Below are positions 15,481 through 35,490 of a stretch of DNA of 64,000 nucleotides, one piece after another. Position numbers and translations under genes: made by a program. The first letter of the stretch is position 1, and each line of letters starts with the position of its first letter. The notes under the pieces were generated by a model. It was not told the origin of the DNA. It did no database searches and worked only from the letters and a program-made list of their open reading frames with translations. Source of the stretch: the human T2T-CHM13v2.0 reference genome, Homo sapiens; NCBI RefSeq assembly GCF_009914755.1, contig NC_060936.1; one strand, given 5' to 3'.

Positions 15481-17124
15481 ACCCATACCAGTTCTCTTCC
15501 TCAGTTTTCACAATGTCATTTTTGCTGCAGTTATTGATCATAAAAGTCACAAGGCCAGGAAGACTCAAGGTATAAGACAATATATTCCACTTCTTGATGG
15601 AAGCAGTAGCAAAGTTAGGTGCAGAGGGGAAAGGTGGCAGAGAGGTATGATGGATTGAGGGTTCTTATTCTAACACTATACCACGTTCTTGCTTTCTCAG
15701 CCCCTGGGTATCTATCCTCTTCTGGTAGGCAGTCTCACCTCTCCGGCAGTGATCTTGGCCAAGATTTAAGACAACCTCATGATAGGGTTTCACCGGGTCA
15801 TCCACATGCTCCATGGGAAAAATCCCTTGCTTTGACAGTCCCTGAGAGTGCTAGTCGATCTCAGTGTAGCAGCACCTTTCTGGTTCACCATCAGAGAGGC
15901 AAGCATTTTTGTGTTTTCTGGAATCCCTGGCCATGAGTCAGCCCCCAGGGTAACAGTCCATTTAATTTTCTCAGGCATGAGTCAGGCACCAGTCATCTCT
16001 GTCTCCAACTAAAGGAAACACTCTTCAAAGGTACACTTAATGCCCCGTCACTAGGCCTGATGTTGGAAGGCGGCAATCTCCCACTCCTCCCCAGGTTGGA
16101 GATTTACAGCCTGACTACCACTCCCTCTAAAGAAACTCTTCCCTACTCTTACAAAAGCTTTTTCCTCTCAGATTCCATTTTATGATCCTTACCTGGCTAA
16201 GGAGTCTATAAGTTGTGCAACACCTTGTAGACTTGTGTCTAAACCATTCTTTTTATAAGTTCTACATAGAGAGATGTATGTCTCACCCTCAGTTCAGTTT
16301 CCCGTTGTCTGTTATACCACTTCTCAAGCAAAACTAGGCAATTAGAGTCATTTCTATCCTAAAACCCCATTTGTTAGCAGTGTACACATATGATGTGTGG
16401 CTAATGTGTAGCAAAACACTATACACTAGTGTATATGTATGATAATAGAGGATATGACAAAGTTCAGTGAGACCTCTCTACCTGACTGCTTGGTGACTGA
16501 ATTGTGAAGGGGCATGACGTGTGAGGAGTGACTGCGACTAGAAATTAGGTGGAGGGAGTTGTGTGAAATGAAGCTAGAGAGGTATGATGAGATCCATTTG
16601 TAAAGGCCCTAATACTAGTATAATCCTGGGGCAAAAAACAAATCTATTAGTCTTCCTGTAAGGAAAAGTACTGTAATTTCTATTCCACCACATTGTTGAT
16701 ATTAAATGAGTTAATATATGTGAAAATCCTTTGGAGAAACCATGTATAGTAGACAGTAAGGGTCCCCTCAAAATGTCCATGTTCCAATCCTCAAAAATGG
16801 TAAATATTTGCCTTCCATGGCAAAGAGGACTTGCAGACATGATTAAGGTTAAGAACTTTTAAATGGGGAGATTAACCTGGATTATCCAAGTGGACCCAAC
16901 CTAATCATGAGTCCTTCAAAGCGGAGGACCAGTCAGCAAGATAGTGGACTAAGAAGCTACAGGCCCTCCTTCTCCCACAGAGTCACCAAGTTAATAGCAG
17001 TATACCGACCAGAATACCTCTGTGGGGATGCTAAAGTTCAGTTGAGAAGCTACAGCACCAAAGTTATTGTAAAACTAAGAAGGGGGCTGGGTGCGCCAAA
17101 GTTATTGTAAAACTAAGAAGGGGG

Positions 17125-17512
<388 letters not shown>

Positions 17513-19608
17513 TTATTAATATTTATGCACCAAACCTCAGAGCACTTAAATATATGAAGTAAACTTTGACAGAATTGGAGATAGAATTAGATAGCCACAT
17601 AATAGTAGGAGACTTCAATACCCCACTTAAAAAAAAATGGAGAGAACAACCAGCAGAAGATCAATAAGGAAATAAAGAAATTAAACAACACGGTAGATCA
17701 ATTGGACCTAAAAGATATATACAAAGCACCCCACCCTAACAACAGTAGAATATACATTTTTTTCTAGGGCGCATAAAACGGTCTCCAGATAAACCATGTG
17801 TTAGACCACAAAACAAGTCTTAACAAATTCAAGAAAATGGACATCACAATGGATTAAACTGGAAAGCAATAGCACAAAGAATACGGAAAAATCTACAAAT
17901 ATGTAGAAATTAAACAACATACTACTTTTGACCAATAGGTCAAAGAAGAAGTCACAAAGAAAATTGGGAAATACCTTGAGACAAATTAGAATGGAAACAA
18001 TATTTCAAAACTTATGAGATGCAACAAAAGCAGCACTAAGAGAAGTTTATAGCTATAAATGTGTACATTAAAAAAGAAGATCTCAAATCAACAACCTAAC
18101 TTTACATCTTAGGAAACTAGAAAAAGATGAACAAACTAAATCCAAAGCTAGCAGAAGATAATAAAGATTAGAGCAGAGAGAAATTAGAGAACAGAAAAAC
18201 AGTAGGAGAAAATCAACAAAACTAAGAGTAGCTTTTTGAAAGGATCAATAAAATTGACAACCCTTAGCTGATTAACTTAAAAAAAGAGAGAAGACTGAAA
18301 TAACTAAATATAAATGAAAGAAGAGATGGTACAATTAATGCCGAAGAGATAAAAAGAGAATAGTATAAGTGAATACTATGAACAATTGTACAGCAACAGA
18401 TTGGATAATCTAGAAGGAATGGATGAATTCCTAGAAATATACAACCCACCAAAATTGAATCATGAAGAAATAGAAAATCTGAGCAGACCAATAACAAATA
18501 AGAAGATTGAGTCAATAATCAAAAACCTCCCAACAAAGAAAAGTCCAGGACCAGATGACTTCACTGGAGAATTCTACCAAACATGTAAAGACTAATTAAC
18601 ATTTATTTTCCTCAAAGTCTTCCAAAAAATTGAAGAGGAGGAAACACTTCTAAGCTTAATCTATGAGGCTATCATGACCCTGATACCACAGTGAAAGACA
18701 CTACAAGAAAAGAAAACTACACACCAATATCCCTGATAAATAGTGGTGCAAAAATCTTCCACAAAATACTAGCAAACAGAATTCAATAGCACATGAAACA
18801 GATTATACAGCACGACCAAATAAGATTTATTCTGGACTGCAAGGATGGTTCAGCTGGTGAAACTCAGTCAGTGTAATACACCACATTTACAAAATGAAGA
18901 GCAAAAGCCACACAATCATTTCAATGGATGTAGGAAACACATTTGACAAGATTCAACACCCTTTCATAATAAAACACTCAACAAACCAGGGATAGAAGTA
19001 AACTACTTCAACTATTAAAGGCGATTTATGCAAAGTCTACAGCTAACATACTCAATGGTGAAAGACTGAAAGCTTTTCCTCTAAAATCAGGAAGAAGGCC
19101 AAGATGCCCACTCTGGCCACTTCTATTCAACATAGTATTAGAATTTCTAGCCACAGCCATTAGACAAGAAAAAGAAATAAAAGTATCCAGATTGGAAAGA
19201 AAGAAGTGAAACTACCTCTGTTGGCAGTTAACATGATCTTATATGTAGAAAACCATAAAGATTTCACAAAAAAAACTATTAGAATTAATAAATGAAGTCA
19301 CCAAGTTGCAAGATACAAAATCAACACAAAAATTAGTTGCATTTCTGTACATTATCAATAAACAATCTGAAAAGGAAATTAAGAAAAACGCAATTTACAA
19401 TAGCATCAAAAAGAATAAAATACTTAGGAATAAACCTAACCAAGGAGGTAAAACACTTGTATGCTGAAAATTATAGAACATTGCTGAAAGAATTGAGAGA
19501 AGACACAAATAAATTAAAAGACATCTTGTGTTCATGGATTGGAAGACAATATTGTTAAGATGTTCATACTACCCAAAGCAATCTGCAGATTCAGTACAAT
19601 CCCTATCA

Positions 19609-19915
<307 letters not shown>

Positions 19916-20335
19916 AAAATTCCAATGACATTTGTTGCAAAATAGAAAAATTCATCCTAAAATTCATATGGAATCTCAAGGGACCCTAAATGGCTAAAAC
20001 AATTTTGAAAAAGAGTAACAAAATTGGATGACTCACATTTTCTTATTTCAAAAATTATTACAATGAGACAGTAATCAAACGGATGTGTTCTGTCATAAAG
20101 ACAGACAAATAGACCAAGGGAATAGAATAGAGAGCCCAGAAATAAATTATCTTACATATGGGCAAATGACGTTCAACAAAGGTACCAATAATAGACAATG
20201 CCAAAGGATACTTTCTTCAACAAATGATATTGGAATACTGGGTATCTGCATGTAAAAGAATGAAATTGGATCCTTACCTTACGCTGTATACAAAAATTAA
20301 CTCAAAGTGGGTTAAAGACATTAACATAAGATCTT

Positions 20336-20642
<307 letters not shown>

Positions 20643-22230
20643 TTAACATAAGATCTAAAACTTTAAAACTCCTAGAAGAAAACACAGGAGAAAGCTTCAT
20701 GACATTTGACTTTGCAATGATGTTTTGGATATGACAACAAAAGCACAGGCAAGAAAAGCAAAAATAGACAAATGAGACTACCTTAAATTTAAAAATTGTC
20801 GTGCATCAAAGAATACAATCAGAGTGAAAGACACCGTATAGAATGGGGAAAATAATTACAAATCATATCTCTGATAAGGAGCTAATATTTAGAATATAAA
20901 GAACTACAACTCAACAACTGAAAAATTAAAAAATCCAATTAAAATATAGGCACAGAACTTGAATAGATGTTTCTCCAAAGATGATATACAAATATATAAG
21001 CATATGAAAATGCACTCAACATCACTAATTTTTAGAGAAATGCAAATCAAAACCACACAAAGATGTCACCCACACCCATTAGGATGACAACTCAAAAAAA
21101 AAAAAAAAAAGGAAAATAACAAATGTGGTCAAGTATGTGGAGAAATGAAACCTGTGCACTGTGTTGGGATGTGAAACAGTGTGACCACTATAGAAAACAG
21201 TTTAGAGGTTCCCCAAAAAATTAAAAATAGAACTACCATATGATCTAGTGATTCCACTTCTGGATGTATATCCAAAAGAATTGAAAGCAGGGTCCCAAAG
21301 AGATAGCAGGGTCTCAATCCCATGCTCATGGCATTGCTATTCACTACCCTCAAGAGATGGAAGCAACCCAAATGTCCCTCATGGATGAATGAATAAATAA
21401 AATGTGTTATATACATACAGTGAAATATTATTCAGCCTTAAAAAGGAAGGAAATTGTGTCACATTCTACAACATGGATGAAGCTTCATTGAGTACATTAT
21501 GCTTAATGAAATAAGCCAGTCACAAAAAGATAAATGCTATATGATTCTGCTTATATGAGGTATCTAAAATTCATAGAAACGGAAAGTAGAATGGTGGTTA
21601 CCAGGAGATAAGGGGAAGGGGGAAAACAGATGTTTAATGGGTACAAAGTTTCAGACTGAGGGGTGAAAAATTTCTAGAGATCCGTTTCACAGGAATGTGA
21701 ATATACTTAACACTATTGAACTGTGCAATTAAAAATGGTTCAGATTGTAAATTTTATGTTTTTTACCACAATTCAAATAAAATAGGTAAATACAAAAGAG
21801 AACTCTTCCTAACTATGGTCAAAGAAAGTGATGCAACTACAGAGGAGTCAGAGAGATGCTGGTTTTGAAGACGGAGGCAGGAGATTATGAACCAAGGAAC
21901 ATGGGTGGGCTCTAGAAGCTGGAAAAGGCCAAGAAATGTGTTCTTCCTTATAGCTTCCAGAAAGGATCACAGTGCTGCTAACAGCTTGATTTTAGGAATT
22001 CTGACTTACAACACTAAGATAATAAATTTTTGTTGTTTTCAGCCACTAAATTTGTGGTAATTTGTTACAGCAGCCACAGAAAACTAATACACCATGTCAG
22101 CTTTGAGTGGCAGAGTAATGAAGCAGACTCTGGAGCTCAACTGCTTAGGTTCAAATGCTAGCTCTGCCACTCTCTAGCTTTGTGAACCTGTTTGCTTAAC
22201 CTCTCTGTGTCTCAGGTTCCTCATCCATAA

Positions 22231-22849
<619 letters not shown>

Positions 22850-24510
22850 ACATAAATTGGGGTTATTAATAGTACTTCATGAAGTAGTTGGGAGGATCAA
22901 GGCAGTTAAGTCACCTGAGGTACCTAGTACAGTTTCTAGTAGACAGTAAGTAGCCAATATGTTTTACCATTACTATACTATTCAACATGACTAAAGTGTC
23001 ATACAACTGCAGGGTACTTCTGTTCCTTTTACATTTATTGTTGTTACTATTCTGTGAAAAAAGATGAGTCCCAATCTGATATGCATAAAGTGTTTGTGTA
23101 ATTCATTTCGCAAAAAGTAAGAAGGATAATTTTTTTACACCAAGCTATATTAATCAAACCTCATTCTTAAACTTTTGGGGTCATTTTTCTCCTAATAAGA
23201 TAAGGCATACTAATAGGCACAAGGCTCACTATGCTTCTTTAGCCTTTTCAATATTTATTCTCCTAACGTGCCTCATGTATTCAGGCCATCTAGACTATTA
23301 CCGGTTCCAGGATATACTCTGTGCTTTCTAATATCACCACATTGTTCTGCACATTCTTTTTAGAGGGCTCTTGGTTTTGTACTGGCAGAAAGTTCACTGG
23401 CGTCTGTGAGAATGTATATGTACTTCTGCATTTAGAATTAGATCCTGGAGTGATTCAGGAATGGTAAACTAACCTGTGTGCCAGTTTACAAATTCCTTTC
23501 CTCTCATTTAATTTTCACCTCCACCCCGACCTCCAAATGCCCCTAGAGCCCTTAAGGGAAGAAACAGGAGGTATTACAAAAAAGTAGGAGATCCTCTCTG
23601 AATGTCTAGATCACTGTGTTGCCTGCTCAGCTTCCCTCTGGTAGAAAGGGGGAAAAGTCAACTGACTTGAGAGGACACATGGTCTCTGAGCCATCTTTGT
23701 GCCATGATTGCTGTCCCATTTTTCCCTAAGAGCTGAATGGATTTCACCAGTTTTTACGTAAGTAATATGACATTTTGGAGAGTTGGGCTGTCGGAGGATT
23801 TTTTCACTACCCACCTATCAGAAGTGGGTTAAGAAGCCACTTTTGGCTTCTCAATTATAATTAAGATTGTTAAGGTGACTTGACCCTGTTGGTGTGTAAT
23901 TAATAATGCAGCCTTCACAAGATATAAATGCTCTTTTAATTAGCATGGTAAAACAAAAGGGAAGATACACTCTTACACAAAGGAATAAGAAGCTTATTAC
24001 ACAAAACAGTTTGGGTTTTGTTTTGGGTTTTTTTTTACTTTTCATTTGGAATGTTTAAACATATACAAACAGATTAATATAATATACCAACTTCAACCAT
24101 TATGGGCATGCTGCCATTCTTGTTTATCTAGACCACCACTCATTCCCAGTCCCAGCTAGATTTTTTTTATGGTCCTATTTTTCTGAGGTGAATGTTTCCA
24201 CATTGAAATACACACATATTTTTAACTGTGCAACTTTGACAAATGATATGCCTATGTGAAGCACTCCCCTGTCAAGATATAGAACATTTCCATCATCCCA
24301 GAAATTCCCTTGTGTCATTTCCTATCAATCCCTCCTCTTTTCAGAGGCAAGACCATAGTTTTGCCTGTTCTAGAACAACATACAAATGGAATTATGTAGG
24401 ATGTACTCTGTTGTGTCTGGCTTTTATCACTATAATATCAGAGCTTTCTGTGCATGGTGGCATGTATAAGTAATTCATGGCTTCCCATTGCTGAAATGTA
24501 TTCTATTGTA

Positions 24511-24915
24511 TGATGTCATCCACAACCTCCAGGATGGCTCCTTTTTAGTCCTCTCCCATATTGAATGGGGGACTAAATATTGGTCTGTGTTACCAATAGG
24601 ACATAGATGAAATGACGGTGTGTGACCTCTGAGGCTAGGCCATAAAAGACATTGCCGCTTCCACCTGCTTTCCCTGGGATCACTCATATTGGGGAAGGCC
24701 AGTCACCGTGTCATGGGGGCACTAAAGCAATCAGCAGAGAGGCCCATATGGGGAGAAACTGAGGTCTCTTGCCAACAACCAGCACTGTGTAAAATAGATC
24801 TCCAGTCATTGTCAAGCTTCCAGCCTGGCCAAAATGTTAACTGCATCCTCATGAGGGACTTCAAGCCAGAAACACCCAACAAAGCTGCTCCTGAATTCAT
24901 GACCTACAGAAACTA
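24511..24915 (+). mobile_element. MLT1F-like MaLR LTR within antisense L1M fragments
   Basis: gaggctaggccataaaagac...ctcctgaattcatgacctacagaaactatg. Confidence 0.6.
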
Positions 24916-26861
24916 TGTTCATGAGAGATATGGGTCTGCAGTTTTTCTTTCTTATAATTAGGCATTAGGGAAATGCTGACCTTATAAAGTAGTGAGTTAG
25001 AAAGTGTTCCCTCTGTTTCTGTTTTCTGTAACAGTTTGTAAAGAACTGGTATCTTGTTCCTTAAATCTTTGGTAGACTTCACCAATGAAACCATCTAAGC
25101 CTGGTAATTTCTGTTTGGAAGGTTATTAATTGTTGATTCAATTTTTAAAATAGAAAGCCCTGTTCCGATTATCTCTTTTTCCTTGTGTGAGTTTTAGTAG
25201 ATTGTGTCTATGCAATAATGGTCAATGGCCAGGTCAAGGGTGGAACAGGACACAACCAGCAGAAAAGCCCTGAGGCAGGAAAGAGCTTGGCATGTTAAAG
25301 TAAGGGAAAAGTGGCCCTTTTATCTGGACCCTAGTGAGCCATAGTGAGAGTGAGACAAGGAGGTGGGAGCATCAGGCAGAAAGAGACTAGACCGATGAGC
25401 TTTGCCTTGTCAGAATTTAGGACTCTATCTTACGGCAATGGGAAATCACTGACAGCTTTTACAAATCTCCTTGAATCTGAGATGTAGCCACATTCTGAAG
25501 TCCTCATTCTCTTTAAGATCTTCATTCTGCAAAGCCAAAAAATCTGTCTGGGGAAATTCAGCAATGACTAATACGCGAGTAGATCAACAGGCAAACACTG
25601 ATTTTTTTTTTTTTTTTTTGGCACAGGTATTAAAGCAGTTGTTCTCAATGTTGGCCTCAAAGTGGAATCACCTGGGGAGTTTTGAAAGCTCCTACTTCCT
25701 TGAAACCCTAATTTTAGAGACTTGATCTAACTTGTCTGAGATAAGGTAGGAGGATTTCTAAATGCTTCTCAGTGATTCATATGTGGAGCCAAGGTTGAGA
25801 ACCATTAGCAGGGAAGCTAGAATGCTCACAGTTTTAATAATTTGTATTCTACCATGTATGCATTCATTTTCTGAAACAAGTTTTAACAATAGTCAATATG
25901 TTGGCCAGGAACTATACTTAGTGCTTCAAAAAGGTAGACTTTTTAAATTGTCGTGACAACCCCTCAAGAATTTTCTTACATACAATTAAATTTTTTTAAT
26001 CTTATTTTCCCCCATTGGATAGATAAGGAAACTGAGATATAGAATTTGAATAATTTGCCCAAGGCTTCATCGGTAATAAACAGAAGAGCTGGCATTTGAA
26101 CTCAGGAAGTATGGCTCCTAAGTCCTCTTTTGCATCTACTGTTCCCAAACCTCTATTTATGGAGTCAAAATGAAGATGACAACCTGCCTGCTTTCTACAT
26201 TGCCAGCACAAAGAAAGAGAACTGCTTCTTGTAATTCACGTCCTCCAAAAACCAGACCCAAGCCCAACGGGAAAAAGTCATAAAATAATAATCTCCACCA
26301 AAAGGGAAGAAATTTTATATTTATATATTTTTAAACCACATAATGAAATTCAAGTGCTATAAAGAAAAATTACTAGAAATATAAAAAATATTAATCCTCA
26401 ATTAAATATATTGGTAGGTAAATTGAAAAAGAAGTAGGTCACTGTAGTGGCCTAGAAGGTAAAGTAGAAGAACTCTCCCAAGGCATACAACAAAAAAAAG
26501 TGATAGGGAAATTAGGAGGGAAAAGATAAGCAACTGGAGGAAAAAGTCAAGAGGTCTAATACATAAAATATAGGCATTCTAGATACACAAAAGAAACATT
26601 GCAGGAGGGCTAAATACCTAATTTTATAAATTAAAAGAGCTCCCAGAAATCCAAGATAGACTAAATTGATGAAAAATGATATATATAAAATCAGGTAAAA
26701 TTCCTGAACTTTGAAAAGCAAATATTATTTGCTACCATTTAGAAAGAAAAAGTTGTCAAAAAAGAAAAAGAATCAGACTTGCATTGTACTTTGTTGGAAA
26801 CTTGAAAGCAGTGGAATATCATCTTTAGAGAAAAGGCAAGATTCTCTACCTAGCTATGCTA

Positions 26862-27939
<1,078 letters not shown>

Positions 27940-28207
27940 GATATAATTAATCTGTCAAAGGAAAAAAAGGTCTTTGAGAATGTGCAATAATTCAGAGGGT
28001 CACTCACATGACTCATCTGAGAAAGATATTAAAGAAAAGACAACAATTTATTTTGAGATGTACAAGCACTTCAAAATAGTGAGAAGAGAGAAAAAACAGA
28101 ATGAGCAAAAATACACCCTGCCATCTATGTGCATAGTTATATGTAAATGAATAAGAATATACTGGATGTATTAGTCTGTTCTCACACTGCTATAAAGAAC
28201 TACCTGA

Positions 28208-28506
28208 GGCCGGATGCAGTGGCTCACACCTGTAATCCCAGCACTTTGGGAGGCCAAGGCAGGCAGATCACCTGAGGTCAGGAGTTCAAGACCAGCCTGG
28301 CCAACATGCTGAAACCCTGTCTCTACTAAAAAATACAAAAAAAAAATAGCCAGGCCTGGTGACGGGCACCTATAATCCCAGCTACTTGGGAGGCAGGAGA
28401 ATCGCTTGAATACAGGAGGTGGAGGTTACAGTGAGCCGAGATGGTGCCATTGCACTCCGGTCTGGGCGACAAGGCGCGATTCTGTCTCAAAAAAAAAAAA
28501 AAAAAA
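28208..28506 (+). mobile_element. AluS preceded by a ~40-bp MST/THE1 LTR stub (28167-28207)
   Basis: tgtattagtctgttctcacactgctataaagaactacctgag runs directly into the Alu. Confidence 0.8.
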
Positions 28507-28693
28507 GTAAATATAAAAGCTGTTCAAAAGATTAAAATGATAAAGTTAACAAGATAATAGGCAAAATATCTCAAGCAAATGCAAACAAGAAAGCAGAAAT
28601 GACACCAATAATATAAGAGTAAGTGGAATTTAAGATCAAAAGCACTAAACAGGATAAAGATTGACATTATGTACTTTTTAAAAGGCACAATAT

Positions 28694-29353
<660 letters not shown>

Positions 29354-30130
29354 TGAAAAAGGTAGAATTTTTAAATTCTATACACCAAACATCATGCTGG
29401 TAAATTATGTAAAGCAAAAACATTAGAAATGCGTAATATAGAGAAGTATTTAGTGGAAGACATAAATATATTTCTGTTAGAATTGATCAATTCTAGGGCA
29501 ACTACACAATAAATTACCTTGCTTTAATAGCTACATTTAGAATCTTTTATTACTCTAACAGACAATATTCTCTCTTTTTTTTGTATGTCCTTAGAACATT
29601 TACATATACCATGTATTTTCTCACGAAGAACATTTTTTTAAAAAATAACAAATTTTAAAAAGTAGAGATACTAGTAACTACCTTCTCAGATAATAACACA
29701 ATAAAAATTAGGGGAAAACCAAAGGAAGTTATAAGCTATTTTGGATGCAGTGAAAAGAAGACTGCATACCAAAACTTACAGGACATTTGAAAGCTGAATC
29801 CAGAGTGAAATGTTCGCCATTAAATAAATTTATTATTAAATAAGAAAAACAAAAAGGAACTAATTTTTTATCTTAAAAATTAAAAATTAACAAAGTATAC
29901 TGAGACACGAGGATTTTAAAAAATAATCTAGTAGCCAAAATCAGTGAAACAGAGAACAAACAAAAAGAATAGAAAGTATGCATAATTAAATAAGCTGGTT
30001 CTTTGAAAACAAAATAAGTAAACTCATGTGTCTAATAAAGTAAAATGGATACAGCAAAAATAGACACAATTAGGCATGAAAAAGAAGACATACTACATAT
30101 TCAGCAAAGAGGAAAATAATTATGAGGCTA

Positions 30131-31532
30131 CAAGGAGACTTCAAAAAGTTTATGGAAAAAAATGGATTAAAAGATAAAAATAAGCAGGAGGCTCACTTGA
30201 GGCCAGGAGTTTAAGATCAGCTTGGGCAACAAAGAGAAACCTTGTCTCTACAAAAAGAAAAAAGATAAAAATAAAAATTACAAACTTTATTTCTCAACAT
30301 GAGTTCCATCAAGTCCAAGACAGTTTTGTAAGCAATAATACCAGCCATTTAGTCCATCCCTAAAGAACTGAGGGTCCTGGGAATTTAACCATGTTGATGC
30401 AGGCTTTTTTACATTATTTACTTAAGGAAAATGGGTGCCCTTTACAGACTTTTTAAGATAAGGATACAAAAATAAGTAAGAAGGAGCCACATCAGGACTG
30501 TAAGGTGGATGCCTAATGATTTCCCATCAAAACTTTCACAAAATTGCCCTTATTTGATGAAAGGAATGAGCAGGAGCATTATTGTGGTGGAGAAAGACTT
30601 CGGTAAACCTTTTCCAGATGTTTTTTTCTGCCAAAACTTTAACTAACTTTCTCAAAACACTATCATTATAAGCAGATGTTATTGTTCTTTGGCACTCCAG
30701 AAAGCCAACAAGCAAAATTCCTTGAGTATTTCAAAAAACTGATGCCATGACCTCTGCTCTTGATTACTCCACTTTTGCTTTGACTGGACCACTTCCACCG
30801 CTTGGTAGCCATTGCTTTGATTGTGTTTTGTCTTCAGGAGTGTACTGGCAGAGCCATGTTTCATCTCTAGTTACAATTCCTTGAAGAAGTACGTCAGAAT
30901 CTTGATCCCACTTGTTTAAAATTTTCATTGAAAGCTCTGCTCTTGTTTGCACCTCTGCTCTGGTTTGCAACTGATCTGGTGCGACAGTTTTGGCACCCAT
31001 GAAATGGAAAGTTCGCTCAACTTTTCAGTCAGAATTGCGTAAACTGAACCAATTGAGATGTCTATGGTATTGGCTGTTGTTTGTGCTGTTATTCATCAGT
31101 CCTGTTCAGTTAAGGCACAAACATGATTAGTATTTTCCTCAAAAATTGGATGATCTTCCACCGTAGACTTCATCTTCAATATCATTTCTTCCCATCTTAA
31201 AAGAAGCTATCCATTTGTAAACTGCTGATTTCTTTGGGGCATTGTCCTCATATACTTTTTGGAAAGCATCAATGATTTCACCATTCTTCCACTCAAGCTT
31301 CCCCATAAATTTGATGTTTGTTCTTGCTTAAATTTTAGGAGAATTCATGTTGCTTTGATTGGGGCTCTTTTCAACCTGATGTTGTATCTTTCTTAGTGCC
31401 TCAAATTAGATCCTGTTCAGACATGTTATAACAAGTTAGTACAAGTTTGCTTCGGTGGAAACAAATTTTGGAATTTGTGCACAGTTTTTTTTTTGTAATA
31501 TGCATTTTTTAATGAATCTTTTGAAGTCTTAC
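30131..31532 (-). mobile_element. Hsmar2 mariner transposon, near full length and inactive, with an Alu monomer fragment at ~30184-30265
   Basis: TA-flanked TIRs (caaggagacttcaaaaag / cttttgaagtctt); minus-strand peptide ...IVTRDETW...EDKTQSKQW, a decayed mariner TGDETW motif. Confidence 0.85.
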
Positions 31533-31651
31533 TACCGCCAATTTTACAGCAACAAATTTGAAAGCCTTAAGCAAATGAATAATTTTTTAGTTAAATATGT
31601 TACCAAAAATTGGTACTCTGTAAAAAATTACAATCTTTACAAAAGAGATAG

Positions 31652-33195
<1,544 letters not shown>

Positions 33196-33520
33196 TGAAA
33201 AAGGCTCTGGTACCAGAGCCTTTGACAACTTTTAAAGAACAGATAATTGCTTTTTTTTAAGGTATTACTTAGATTGTAACACTTCCCAATTTATTTTAGG
33301 ATGTCAGAATAAATTGAAAATCCATTTTCTAAATAAAAGTAAAAACTGTAGTCTGGTATTAAAAAAAAATTCAAGCAAGATTTGTTTCAGGAATGCAATA
33401 ATGTTTGAACATCAGGAAATCTACCAACATAATCCGTTACTATAACAATTTAAAGAGAGAAAAATATACAGTGAGATCAACAAATGCCAAAATATTTATT
33501 TGACTAAATTACTAGCCATC

Positions 33521-33980
33521 CGTATTAAGCCATTCTTGCATTGCTATAAAGAAATATCTGAGACTGGTAAATTTATAAGAAAACAGGTTTAATTGGCTCA
33601 CAGTGCTGCAGACTGTACAGGACACATAGTGCAGGCATCTGCTTCTGGGGAGGCTTCAGGAAGCTTTGACTCATGGCGGAAGGCAAAGCAGGAGCTTGCA
33701 TGTCACATAGTGAAAACAGGAGCAAGAGAGGGAGTGGGTGGGGAGGTGTTACACACTCAAACAACCAGATCTCCCAAGAACTCACGATCCCCGAGGATAG
33801 CACCAAGCCATGAGGGATCTGCCCCCATGACCCAAACATTTCCCCCCAGGCCCCACCCCCAACATGGGGGATTATAACCGCCCCCAATGACCCAAACATT
33901 TCCCCCCAGGCCCCACCTCCAACATGGGGGATTATAATTCAGCGTGAGATTTGGTGGGGACATATATTCAAACTAGATCA
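33521..33980 (-). mobile_element. MSTB-like MaLR solo LTR
   Basis: cattgctataaagaaatatctgagactggtaaatttataagaaa...caaactagatca. Confidence 0.8.
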
Positions 33981-34733
33981 CCATTCTAACAAAAATTCTA
34001 AGTGAATAAAAATAGGAGGAAACTACCTAAATATAACAAAGACCATTTAGCAAACTACAGTGGCAAATAGTTTTTTAAATGGCAGGCCAAGTAAACAATT
34101 TACGTTCAAATCAGAAACTAGGCATAGAATCATGTTTTCACCATCTTTATTTAACACCGTCTTAGAAGTTTTTATGAATACAATAAGATGAGAAAATGGA
34201 AGAACTGGCATAAAAATTTTAAAAGAACAGTTTAAATGATCTCTTTTTGCTGATGACGTTATATACCTAGAAAACCTAAGAAAGCCAGTAAAATACTTGT
34301 AGAGTTAACAAGATAAATTGGTAAGGTGGCTATATATCAAAGCAATATACTAAATTCAATAGGTTTTTCAATTTTCTGGCAATAAGCACCTAGAAATAAA
34401 AAATGAGAAAAAATATTCCATTCATAATAATGGAAAAACCATATAAAGTGCTTCAGAATAAATTGAAAAAAAAAAAAAAACTATGAAAAGAAAAAGAAAA
34501 TTTTATTGACAGCCACAATTTAAGAACATTAGACCTGAGAAAGGGGAAGATAAATTATATGTTTGGATGAGAAAACATAACAGACTAAAATGGCAGTCTT
34601 TTCAAAAGTAATATATTAATAGTTGTCATCCAGTTATGTTTGTTCTAGAAAAGGATAACAATAACTGTAACATTTATATGAAAGGTGAAATGCTACAGAA
34701 TAGCCAAAAAATATAAGAAATAAGAACAATGAG

Positions 34734-35054
<321 letters not shown>

Positions 35055-35188
35055 TTATTATATTTTAAACATTTGATACAAATACTATATCAAATCAATA
35101 TGATATTACAGTAGGAAAACACAAAAAAAGTCAATAACCTATACAGAGAATGTCCCCCTCTCTCTATATGAATTTAATACATAAAAAA

Positions 35189-35490
35189 GGCTGGGCACAG
35201 TGGCTCACGCCTGTAATCCCAGCACTTTGGGAGCCTGAGGTGGGCAGATCACTTGAGGTCAGGAGTTCAAGACGAGCCTGGCCAACATGGCAAAACGCTG
35301 TCTCTACTAAAAATACAAAAATTAGCCAGGTGCGGTTTTATGTGCCTGTAATCCCAGCTACTCAGGAGGCTGAGGCAGAAGAAATCACTTGAACCTGGGA
35401 GGCGGAGGTTGCAGTGAGCTGAGATGGCACCACTGAACTCCAGTGTCGGTGACAGAGCAAAACTCTGTCTCAAAAAAATAATAAATAATA
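35189..35490 (+). mobile_element. AluS
   Basis: Full dimer. Confidence 0.85.

Noticed and set aside
23364-23463. Plus-strand 100-nt exon-like block (ctttttAG...ATG|gtaaac)
   Set aside because: Weak donor and no recognisable peptide; relevant only if junctions from the 6532 donor are found
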